Shown here: positions 14,630-26,200 of the stretch, piece after piece | Numbering within the stretch: position 1 is the first letter of the stretch | Layout: every line of letters begins with the position of its first letter | From: the human T2T-CHM13v2.0 reference genome, Homo sapiens | Direction: 5' to 3' (one strand) | Length of the DNA: 64,000 nucleotides | Assembly: GCF_009914755.1 (NCBI RefSeq) | Contig: NC_060930.1 | Made by a program: the position numbers and the translations under genes | Notes under the pieces: generated by a model | Database searches by the model: none | What the model saw: only the letters and a program-made list of their open reading frames with translations | What the model was told of the DNA's origin: nothing

Positions 14630-16138
14630 CTTTTAACCTTTCTCCCAGGTACAGTATTGTCTTCTGGCTTTCAGATTAAAGCATTCTCTGCAGCTTCCTC
14701 CCTTTTCTTTGTAACATTCCAATTTAAGATATTTCCTCCTGTATACCTGTCCCCAGGTATCTCAAGATAAGGTACAATCCCAGTTTTATCATACTCATCC
14801 ATAGTCTCCTAGAGGACAAGGTAAAACACGTGCAGGGATATCTTGCTGCATAGGAGAGGCATGAAAAACTCCTAACTTGGTATTCAAAATCTTTCACTAT
14901 TTTATCTCTACGATCCCCAGTCCATCTTTGATCCCCACTCAGTCTCAGTTCACATATGGTGAACTCTAGCAAATCAAATTGCTTACTAATCTTTCTACAT
15001 GTTCTCGCCTCTCTCTATACCTATAAATTGTATCTTAAGTTCTTCCTCAAGGCCTACAATGCTCTTCATTTTACTTATTCTGTTTTTCTTTCCTAGAGAA
15101 GTTCTCCCTTTTCCTGATTTTAAGCCTTCATTCACTCTGTTTTCTGTCCCAGGAAATGTCTCTTATCTTACCTTTGGATATCTAACTGCCTCTTTATGAA
15201 GCTTTATTTCGCCAACTGAAGTAAAGCTTTCTTTCTCAAACATCCAAAGATAGTCATCTGCATCTTCCCTATAGCATTTATCACTTTTCAAACTTTTAAT
15301 CTGAAATAAATGTAGACTTACAGACAAGTTGCAGAGTTCCTGTTATACCCTTTAACTAGCTTCTCCCAATGTTAGTATCTTGCATAACTTTTAACTAAAC
15401 ATTCCAGTTTATTTGAATTTCCCCAGTTTTTCCAGCAACGTACTTTTTCTCGTCCAGGAGCCAATTCAGGATCCCACATTGCATTTAATTGTCACATCTC
15501 CTTAGTCTCCTTCAAACTGTATCAGTTCCCCAGCCTTTTTTACTCTTTCATGACCTTGACAACTTTTTAACTTATAATAGCCTTACATTTGGACATGTAT
15601 ATTTCCTCACTCTGTTGTAAGTTTCCCGTAAGATTTGTAACTGAGACACGTTTTTAATTCCCAATGTGTCCAGCACATGATAGGAGCTCATAATTACTCC
15701 TTAACTGCACGTCAGAAACAATTAGAAAGGACAGTAACAAAATCTGCATAATTAAATACTGAGTTGTATGCCACGCAGAATTTTAGCTGTTACAAAAGGT
15801 AGAGAGCAAGACTGAGAAATTATAAAATAGACAGCTCTCTTTTCAGACACTATTTCTGAGCCCAATTTCTCTAGGCCCCAGAACAAGAATCACTGATGCT
15901 TCCAACTCTTAAGCTAATCATGGCACACGGAAACCTGGTGGCCAATAGAAAGGGCAGATACAGCCTCAGTCCCAGCATCTAGCATGACTTGCTGTTGGAC
16001 CTCACTACCAATAGACCTCATGTATCCTGTGACAGGGATAGGTCCTGGACACTTGCACAGACTGCTGAGATAGAGTAATTACTCCCTATTATTTCTAAAC
16101 CTTAGTTTCTGTCCTGTAGTTTCCTGATAAAAACTCAG

Positions 16139-16454
16139 GGCCAGGCGCGGTGGCTCATGCCTGTAATCCCAGCAGTTTGGGAGGCCGAGGCGGGCGGATC
16201 ACGAGGTCAGGAGATCGAGACCATCCTGGCTAACATGGTGAAACCCCGTCTCTACTAAAAAATACAAAAAATTAGCCAGGCGTCGTGGCGGGCCCCTGTA
16301 GTCTCAGCTTCTCGGGAGGCTGAGGCAGGAGAATGGCATGAATCCGGGAGGCGGAGCTTCCAGTGAGCCGAGGTCACGCCACTGCACTCCAGCCTGGGTG
16401 ACAGAGCGAGACTCTGTCTCAAAAACAAACAAACAAACAAGAAACAACAGCAAC
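16139..16454 (+). mobile_element. AluY
   Basis: Y diagnostics GAGACCATCCTGGCTAAC, GGAGAATGGC, GAGCTT; TSD AAAAACTCAG. Confidence 0.95.
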
Positions 16455-18699
16455 AAAAAACTCAGGACAGAGAAATCGAGTCTTCTTGCATGGGACCCCG
16501 AACCCTGGCTGGTTCCATTTCTGGTTCTCCCTACAAGTGATTGATGAGTGTGTCATGATGCCTTAAACCAGGGTGTCAACACTCACCTACCCTTTTATAT
16601 CCCCCTGCTGCCTGGATTTCCCCATGGATATGACCCTTCTGCCCTTATTGAGTCCCACCCCTCCCCCAGGAAGCCAGGAGAATCCTCAGCTGACAGTTCC
16701 ATGCCTTTTGCCTTTTGTATGTTGTCATACCCACTGGTTGTCCTCCTGGCCATCAAGGCTTCCTCTCCTTTCCCACAGGCCCCTGCTGCTATATGCCAGC
16801 AGACTCGGTGGTATATTCAGAATAGAGTCTATTGCCCCTATGCCACAGCTGTGTTTAGTTATTTCACATTGTTATTAATCTCAAATCACTATGATATCTG
16901 CATAAGCCTATACCTCCTCATTACTGTTGTACAGACTGCATCTGTACTTTTCACCTCCTGTTGAATTTGTTAGCTGTGACCGCTGATGAGTCCACTCATC
17001 TTCTGGGGCCACAGAAGCTTTGTTTCATTTTGGTGGGATCTAATTACTGACATCTAAAGGAGCGGACTCTTTAATTTCAGTTCCATACTGCATCATATTC
17101 TGATCTTTCACAAAGATTCAGAAATACCATCTGACAGGATCAAGGACAATTGAACTGGTATCTATTGGGTTTTAACTGCGGCTCTGCTGCATAATTTTTC
17201 ATTTTCTTTGGAAGACCTTACCACAAAGAGGAAACATGCCTAGTAGGGTCCCAGAGAGGTGTTTTGACATTAGGTTTAATAAAGCATGAAGAACTCATTA
17301 ATAAATAATGTTCTGCTAGGTTAACAAATAAAGCTGAATGCACTGGCTAGACCCTGGAGTAAATCAAATCATTCAGGCAGCCCTGTGACTTGTTAACTTG
17401 CAGCAGTCTCTTCTCAGCAATCTGGCAAAGCCCATTGCAACAATGCACAAATAAAACCAGCATATCATAAATGCATGCAACTTCAGTTATGATACAGGCT
17501 GTTAATTTTTTTATACTCTGTGGTCCCAAAATAGTAAACAAAGCTTCATTGCTGGCAATCAGGAGGCATTCTAGTGATACTTTTAATCTTTGCTAAAAGA
17601 ACAATTCCACTCATCAACATGTTTACACTACAGTAGACATACATATAGACACACATATCCTCTCATTGCATATTCATTGCTTTACTATCTACAGGAAGTT
17701 GAAAAAAGTGAACTAGAGAATGAGCTAATGTGTGAAGGCATGCTAGTTTATTCCATCAAAATGGTTTCTGATGAACTTCTTATTCTGACTCAGAAAACCT
17801 TCAGGAAAAAAACCCAGAGATAGAGAACAGAATCGTCCTCCTTAAAAAAAAAAAAAAAAAAAAAAAAGGAAAAGAAAACTGAAAGTGCAGGACACCTAAA
17901 GAATACCTTCCTTGATGGAAGGTTGCATGGTTTTAGTTGGGGAAGGACTTCATGGCTGGCCACAGTAGGTTAAAGCTCTCTCAGGGTAGGCAAGGATGGG
18001 AGGAAAGTTTGGGTTATTTCAGGCAGTTGCATTTCTCTGATGATGCTGCAGTGCTGAAGCCAGCTGCTTTTTCATAAAGCTCTTCTCATGATTATGAGCT
18101 GACGGACAGCTGTCCAGTGTCAGTTGAACATGACTCACTTGCTCCAGCTGCTCAACAATTTGGATGAACCGAATCTCCTGCTTCATACTATTCTAACTGG
18201 CCACATTCTCCATTTACTAACGGATTTAGCTAGAAAGCCAACCACCATGTAGTAAGATAAAAACATTTCCAGGCAATGTTTTGATGAAACAACTTGTTGG
18301 GTGAGTTCAATTTCAACTCAAAGGTCTTGCCAACCATGCCCATATGGCCAAATTTACACATCTTGCCAGATCTTTTATGTGGTTATGATGACAAAGTCAT
18401 TAGGTTGCCATTTAAATCCTTTTCCAAAGCTGCAGGTTTAAAGCAACCACTATCCTGAGAATAAAAGTATTCTATTAAACAATCTCACTTGAATATTTTC
18501 ACAACTCAATATATGCATATGCATATGTATATACTATTCATATATAGTTATATAATTATATAAAGTTGTATATTAACAGTTTCTTCATTTTCAAGTCAAT
18601 GAAAACAATGAAAATGAAGCAGCAATCGGAGTTCAAAGTGTTCATGGCAAGATTTCCGTTTTGGAACAACAAGAGAGACCATTTGGAATAGCACAAATG

Positions 18700-18940
18700 A
18701 GAACAGTCTATATCTACTGAGCCTTACAATGTAGTTTACAATGTAAAGTACATCTCTTTTAATTCCAATAGTCCTAAGATGTTGGCAATGTTATCATCTG
18801 CATTTTACAGATGAGGAAATTGAGACTTAGCAAACTGAAGGTGTCCAAGGTCACGCAGCTAGTAAGTAGCAGAAGTGGGGACTTGAATTTAGGCCATCCA
18901 ATTCCAGAGCTCACATTCATAATCACTATTCTATACTGCC
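18700..18940 (-). mobile_element. MIR SINE
   Basis: cattttacagatgaggaaattgag...ccaaggtcacgcagctagtaagt. Confidence 0.8.
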
Positions 18941-19107
18941 TTGTATGTTATCAGAAAACTCAGCCACAGATGGCTCTACCACTAACCTGGAAAAAGTAGG
19001 ACTCACTTCCCTCACTCTCCTTGCATTAAAATGAGTTTAGTGTTAGCCTAAATATTTAAGTTACCATCTTGTATGATTCTAACAAACACTAAACTACATA
19101 CGTATTT

Positions 19108-19414
19108 CTTCTTTTCTTTTCTTCTTTTTTTTGAGACAGAGTGTCGCTCTGTCACCCAGGCTGGAGGGCAGTGGCATGATCTCGGCTCACCGCAACCTCC
19201 ACCTCCCAGGTTCAAGTGATTTTCCTGCCTCAGCCTCCTGAGTAGCTGGGATTACAGGTGCCTGCTACCATGCCCAGTTAAGTTTTGTATTTTTAGAAGA
19301 GACAGCGTTTCGTCATGTCGGCCAGGCTGGTCTCAAACCCCTGACCTCAGATGATCTGTCCACCTTGGCCTCCCAAAGTGCTGGGATTACAGGAGTGAGC
19401 CGCCGTGCCCGGTC
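19108..19414 (-). mobile_element. AluS
   Basis: Full antisense Alu with a T-rich tail; TSD TACATAC..ATTT. Confidence 0.95.
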
Positions 19415-21816
19415 TACATACAAATTTAAATATATTGTTTCCTGTAAGTGATGACTCTCAGTGCTAAGGTGCAAAACAAAATGGAAAAGAATGTTTTCAT
19501 TTTGTTACCTGAACAACTAAGCAGTTCCGGTTTCAATGACAAAGGTCTTTGATATTTACACAAACATATATTGGTATGAATAATTCTCTTCAGAAACTAA
19601 ACAACACTCAAAACCTCAATGTTAAAAATTTTGCTTCTTTTGGAAAACTGAAAAACTTAGTTGAAAGGTTACTAAGCTCATCAGTAGGTGCGAGGTTTCG
19701 AAGGAATGATGTGGTTTTATGATGAGCTGGGAGTGAACTGGTATTTAAACAGCTGGTATTTAAACAGCATAGCCTAAAGAAATGAAAAATGCCATTCCCT
19801 GAGTAGGCCTAGAATCAGAGTTGTATTACTTGGTCCCTGTTCAGAATCAAACACGTAACTTTTTTATGTCCAAAGTCTAAATCATTAGGAAATATACTCT
19901 TGCTGTTAAATCATGAATAAAACTTTTTAAATCTATTTTTTTTTGCTTAAACTTCTGCACACACTGAATTTATTTAGATATGAAATATAGAAGGATAATT
20001 TATAACGGTCATGTCAATCCATACAGAAATTTCTATTTATTATTAACTCTTGTGTAATGTGACTTCTTGTGCCTCTGTACTTTACTTCCCAAATTAGATT
20101 GAAACTGGATTTGGCATTTCTTTGTTACCCGTAGAGTGGTTAAGCAGAATGTTTTAAAAACAGTTCTACTTTCCCACAGCAATTTAGTATGCAATCTAAA
20201 CCATAGAGAAAAATGTGTAAATGCAAATCCTCATTCACAATAAATGTGGTGCCCCAAGGCACTATTGCTACCTCATAAGTATTTGGATATTATATTACAC
20301 TATATTGTCTGTCAAGCTGTACTTCCAATCACATTATTTTTATTCTTACCAATTTACATAATGTGTGAAAAAACAACGAAAGGCAAAGGTAGGTTCGATT
20401 TTACTCAGCCCAAGAGGCAAAATACAACACTCTTGGACCATATAGGTTTACGTAGAGGGGACGTGTGGCCCACTAATCCCCTTGTTGATCAGAGGACAAT
20501 TCAACTATGAAGTGATTAAAAATGAAAAATAAAGTTCCTTTGGGAAAAGCATATGCAAAAAAAATGTTGCCTTCTAAATCACATACATATTCATGGGGGA
20601 AGGGGTAGAGGGAAAGGAGAGGGATAAACATTTCCAAGGACATCACTAAGGGCTTCAGACAAAATGAATTCAGGCCATCAAAAATAAGCATAAATTAGTT
20701 ATTTTCACAGTTTTTCTTTCATTGGTAAGGTGAAATATATTAGCTTTGTATTTTTTAAGCATTTTTTGTTATTATTGAAAATAATAAACAATTAGTCTAA
20801 AATGCCTAATGCGAGAATGCTAATAATTGGGCATCACATTAATAAGAATCAGATGTAGTTTTAAACTGTGATTTTCAATGAGCTTTACTTATCAATAGAA
20901 GACTTTAATTGAATGGTACCATGTGTACTGGAACAGGTAGAAGATCCAGTTTTTAGCTTCTTAATTTTATATGATTCAAAAATGTACAACAATCAAAGTA
21001 AAAGCTGGTTGAATTATTTATTTTTCTATTTCATTCACTACCAGAAAAACCATGAAAACCTTGAAAAGTTCATAAAGTACTTATTAAGTCTTCAGGACTT
21101 TAGTTGTTTACAGCTTCTTCCATAATCATTCTTTATCAAACCATTTAGAGCCCTGTCTCTAAAGTTATACATATTTTTAAATTTTCTTACAATTTAAATT
21201 ATATTGGTTTAATAAATGGTATGCCTGGAAATACATACGAAAATTCTATTCTGTGCAATGAGAAAGCCTCATTTTGCCATTATATAAAGCCATGGTTTTA
21301 TCTTTCATTTCAAGGAAATTTAGAATCCGTTTATAAGCACCAAATGCATAATTTTTTATGATGTATTATAATGCTTAAACTCAGAACTGTCTTTGAAAAT
21401 AACTGATGTTGCTTTAATTATTTAATTTTTTGCATATGAAACTCCCTAGGCTTAGCAGACAGTCTTTTATACTTTTCTTTGTGTTTTGAATATATTAACT
21501 TTCTGCTCTATTAAATCTACTGAAATTTTCCAGTGAGTTATGTAATTTTCCCATATGAGGTTTCAAAGAGTTTTCAAATGACTCTGTATCACTTCCTAAG
21601 GACTCGGAGGAACCCAGGGCACAGACGTTACTTAAGTTATTTTCCAAGCTCAGCACTTTACTACTTAGTATTTTCTTCTTTCATAATTCATTGAAAAATA
21701 ATACAGTTGTATTTTATTTGTGCCATATATTGATAAATATATGGTAAGTCATTTCATGGCTTCATAAATAATTTCATTTATTTTTCAAAGAAAAAAAAAT
21801 CTCCAGAGATCATTCT

Positions 21817-21903
21817 TCTGTCCAAATACTAAACAGCTCCGACCCTGCTTAGCTTCTGAGATCTGATGAGATTGGACACGTTCAGGGTGGTGTGGCTGTA
21901 GAT
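21817..21903 (-). pseudogene. 5S rRNA retropseudogene, 3'-truncated and tailless
   Basis: Reverse complement ATCTACAGCCACACCACCCTGAACGTGTCCAATCTCATCAGATCTCAGAAGCTAAGCAGGGTCGG matches the 5' part of 5S rRNA; TSD AGATCATTCT at 21807-21816 and 21905-21914. Confidence 0.93.
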
Positions 21904-22109
21904 AAGATCATTCTCATTTTTTTAAAAGTCTAATTCCAGTTGTGCTGAAGAGGTTTTTAAACAACTGAGGCTATTTCAGGGAGCTTAGGCACACTCAATA
22001 ATTAGATAACTTTAAGAAATGCAAAGATATGGTCAATTCTCCTTAATTTTAAGGGAAACATTATTTTGATAATAGGCAATGAAAAATCTCAAGTAGAGTC
22101 AATTACAAA

Positions 22110-22310
22110 AAAACATACTAGGTTGGGATTTAAAAGAATAGGTTTCCTTTCCAACTCAGTTCTATTATTAACTGGCACAGGGACTTGCACACACCATCTA
22201 ACCTGGACAAATTACTTTCCCTCTCTGGAACTCAGTTTTCACACACCTGTCAAACAAAGGCAGTTGGACTAGAAATTCTGAAATTACTTCCAGCTCAATC
22301 AGTCTGTGAT
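22110..22310 (+). mobile_element. MIR3/MIR fragment
   Basis: ggacaaattactttccctctctggaactcagtttt...ttggactaga. Confidence 0.6.
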
Positions 22311-22394
22311 GCTACAGGACTGGTAGGTAAGAATTTACATGGTAATTAACATAAAAATAAGTCTAAAAGTGGCATCATTTTACTATAATTACCT

Positions 22395-22996
22395 ACATTT
22401 TTAATAAAATTACCTATAAAAATTACTATAGGTGATTAAAAAATACATATAGTACATAAAAATATGTATTCGAATTTAAAGTTCAGTCCTCATTTTTCTG
22501 ATAATCAAGTAACAATTTTATCTAATGGTTCCATAATGACATACCTTCAAAATCAAGGTAAATTCTAAAAGTTAACATACTCTTACCTGACATTTGAATC
22601 TTTTTGAACTAATTAGGCTTTGCTTAACATCACTGACCAGGATTACAGTTATAGTGATACTATAATAGTTTAAAATTATTCCATGGGTTCTAAATTTACT
22701 AAATTTTACTGAAAAGTACTTATAAAATGGATAATTTTAAAAAGATACATAAAATATTTAAAAATATATATTCAAATGTAAAGTTCAGTCCTCATTTTTC
22801 TGATAATCAAGTAAGAATTTTATCTAATGGTTCCATAATGACATACCTTTAAAATCCGGGTAGATTCTAAAAGTTAACATACTCTTAGCTGATGTTTGCA
22901 TCTTTTTAAACTAATTAGGCTTTGCTTAACATCACTGACAAGAATTACAGTTATAGTGATACTATAATAATTTAAAATTACTCCATGGGTTCTAAA
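22395..22996. repeat. Two-copy tandem duplication, period 302 bp
   Basis: 22477-22694 aligns without gaps to 22779-22996 with about 14 mismatches by hand count; left boundary approximate. Confidence 0.92.
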
Positions 22997-23369
22997 CTAT
23001 CGGGAAAAAGAAAATAAATTTAAATTTAATATTCTTCATTGTTTGACCCTTTTGGAAATCCCACAGTATTGCTTGGGGAGAGCTTGTAAGTATCTCAAGT
23101 ATGAATATCAATGTAGAGAAGCTGATTATTAAACAAAGAAAATTTGCGCAACACTCATTTAATAAAGACTCCACTCTCCAAATCTAATTCACATATTCTG
23201 ATTTTAAGACAACAAGAATGAACATTGAAAAACATCAGCCAGAAGAACTGGAACAAAGTATAGGATCCGATCTCACGTCTCATATCTTGTCATATTGTTT
23301 CTTATCCATTTTATGTTTTATTTAGGTTTTCTTTCTTTTATACCTTATTGTAGTCCATAATGCCACATA

Positions 23370-23540
23370 ATTCATTTACTTGTTATAATTGTTTTTTATT
23401 GCCTGCCATGCCTCAACAAGGCCATGAAAATAGAGCTTGTCGTCTGCTTCATTCAATGATGTATCTCAAGTCTTAGAACAGCCTACCACAAAGTAGTTAT
23501 TAACCAAATGCTTGTTGAATGAATGAAGAAATGAAGAATG
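23370..23540 (+). mobile_element. L2 3' end
   Basis: Ends aaatgcttgttgaatgaatgaa. Confidence 0.65.
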
Positions 23541-25149
23541 CATTGAATTACAATGTATATAGGAATGGGTCTTGATTCTCAGCTGAAATCACTGTACAAT
23601 GCACAACTCTCCTGCATCAGAACACTCACATCAAGCCACTATCATTTATAAAGTTCATATTGAGCTTGGCTGGAAACTTACTTTTTCTATTATTAAAATC
23701 AGTCATTAAATTTGGCTATGTTGATGACGCACGATAGAAATGTGGTTGCTATGGCACAGTGTATATGTACCCTGCTCGTGAAGGAAGAGCAAGGAATGGA
23801 AGAACAAAGTGAGTTACCTGAGCAAGGAATGAAGATAGAATGGTTTGTGGCTGTAAAATGTTAGCTAAGACACTCATCTTATCAAATATGATTTTAGCTA
23901 ACCTGAGGAAACTACCATCTAGAATTTACTCATTTGAAGGATAAGTCCAATGTCTTAGTGACCTACTCTGTAGTAATGTGTGGTTTAGATAGTTTAAGTT
24001 GCATTTATACAGAAAAGATTATTCTTGTATCAGCAGACAAAAGATGTATTTGAGCAATCTTTACTTTCCTAAACAAGGAAATTTTGGGCCACGTGGTTGA
24101 GATCTAGTAGAAGGAAAGAAATTAAACTAGAGAAACTTCATTTAAATTAGAAAGAATGTGCAAGGTAGGAAAAATGTTACTGTGAAATATAATAGTTCGA
24201 TTTAATTTTTTTTTTGCTGAGGTATATATAATAAAGGCCAAGTGTTAAATTTTCATTTTTGAATATTTTTTTCATTTTAATAGGAGTATCCCATGCCAAC
24301 ATATATGACATTTCTTCATAATTTTAGGTTAGAAAATATAAGCTTCTTTTCTCATAAGTTTTCATGCTCTACAAAATTTGCCATCATAAACCACTTTGCA
24401 TTTATCACAAATGGGTATTACATTAGAAAGGCAATTCAACTGTATTCCATTTCACTAGTGAAGCTAAGCGGCTTTGCATGATAACTAAGTTGGGTTAATG
24501 GGACTATGTTTGAAGAATGTGTTACCTGGAACTGAAATTCCCTATTTGTTTTTAACTGAGCTTAGGAGTCTGCAAAATGAAGGCAGGAAACCTGCTGCGA
24601 GAAGGATAGGAAAATTATTATCATCTGCATTCCTAAATTGAAGAATTATTTCTGCTCAGCAGAAACCTCTTGACTGCAGAAACTCTGGAATTATATCCTG
24701 CTGTTTAGAATAGCTGTTTAGGGTAGGGGGAGTCCAAACATTCCATTTTTCTTCAAATCAAAAAAGTTTTATGCATACGTTTACAGCCTTATTGGAAGCT
24801 TGCTTGCTTTCTTTTCAAAAAGAGAAGCTACGTGGAACCTCTTTTTGTTGATAATGAAAAAAATTTAGTGACTGGTTAAGTACCTAATTTTTGGTTAATG
24901 AGTAGTTTTAATTATCTTTGATATAGAAATATTTTGTCTTGAAAATAAATTTCAATATAAATATTTGGCTTCATAATACAGGAGCTGAATTTTTAAACTT
25001 AGTCTACCACCTAAAAAATGGGTTATTTCTATTTCTTGGGATGTTTTCAGAAGTTTATTTGCTGAACAAACTTCTATGGTAGCTCTTAAAGCTATTACTT
25101 ATTCAAGATCATATACCTTCATTATGTATTATACCCATCAGCATTTATT

Positions 25150-25803
25150 ATAGAGTCCCTCTTTTGTGTTAGTAAATGCTTTTGGGCCCTGAAATTTTAT
25201 GTTTTCTGATACTAAGATTTTTAATTCCTAATTTCTTTAGATAGCATTTTCCCAGTACACCTTTGCCTATCCTTTCATTTTCAAAGTTTTGAATTAGCTT
25301 CTATTGGTTGTATACTTGTATAACTTAGAATTGGGTTTTATGCTACGATACAATTTGAAAATATTTTAAAGAAATAAGTGTATTTTTTATATTTATTGAT
25401 GTGAAAGATATGACAGAAACATACTGTCACAAAGGATTTGAGAAAATCTTTCATGATATGGTCTATTTTGGGTAACTTCAAAATATAAATTTTCTTCTAA
25501 TTCATAATGTTTATAGGCTCACATAATAAATTATATCATTTCTATAATCTCATAACCTTGATAATTTATCTCTTTAGAATGTTTACTATTTTCCTATTAT
25601 GTGTGAGAGGAAAAGTTCTCTCTCTGTTTCCATTTTTTACCAGCTATTTCTGGGCAATAACAATAGCTCCTTTATATCTTTTTTTGTACTCTTAAATCTG
25701 CTTATACTTCTATAGTTTGATTGTGAGTTTGAAAAATATTCATTGATTCCTTGATATTGAGAATAAAGTAATCAAATAACTTATTTTATACATATATATA
25801 TAC

Positions 25804-25841
<38 letters not shown>

Positions 25842-26200
25842 CGACTTCTTTCTGTTGTGTCTTTCCTAATTTTTGTTAGTTGTTTTAGTTTTACATTGTC
25901 AGGACATTATACTTTTATGTTCTATTACATCACCCTAATCTCTATATTTATCTTAGATTTAGTGCTAGAGTTAAATATTCAATGCTTGCAATCAGTTTTT
26001 TTGCAGTAATTTCTATAGTCACTTATTGGCTGGATAGATAATAGTTGCTTCAAGAAGGGCTCTAATAGTTGCTAATGGTTGTTTCAAGATGGACTCTTGA
26101 TAACAATATTTCCTAAGTTCCAGTATGTTCAGAAAATTTGCCTCTAGCCTTTACACCTTGAAGGGCAGTTGGGCAGGTCATAAAACCTTTGGTACCATAA
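25150..26200 (-). mobile_element. Old L1 (L1ME-type) fragments
   Basis: T-rich degenerate antisense L1-like text. Confidence 0.45.
25788..25841. repeat. (TA)n(CA)n microsatellite
   Basis: Read directly from the sequence. Confidence 0.95.
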
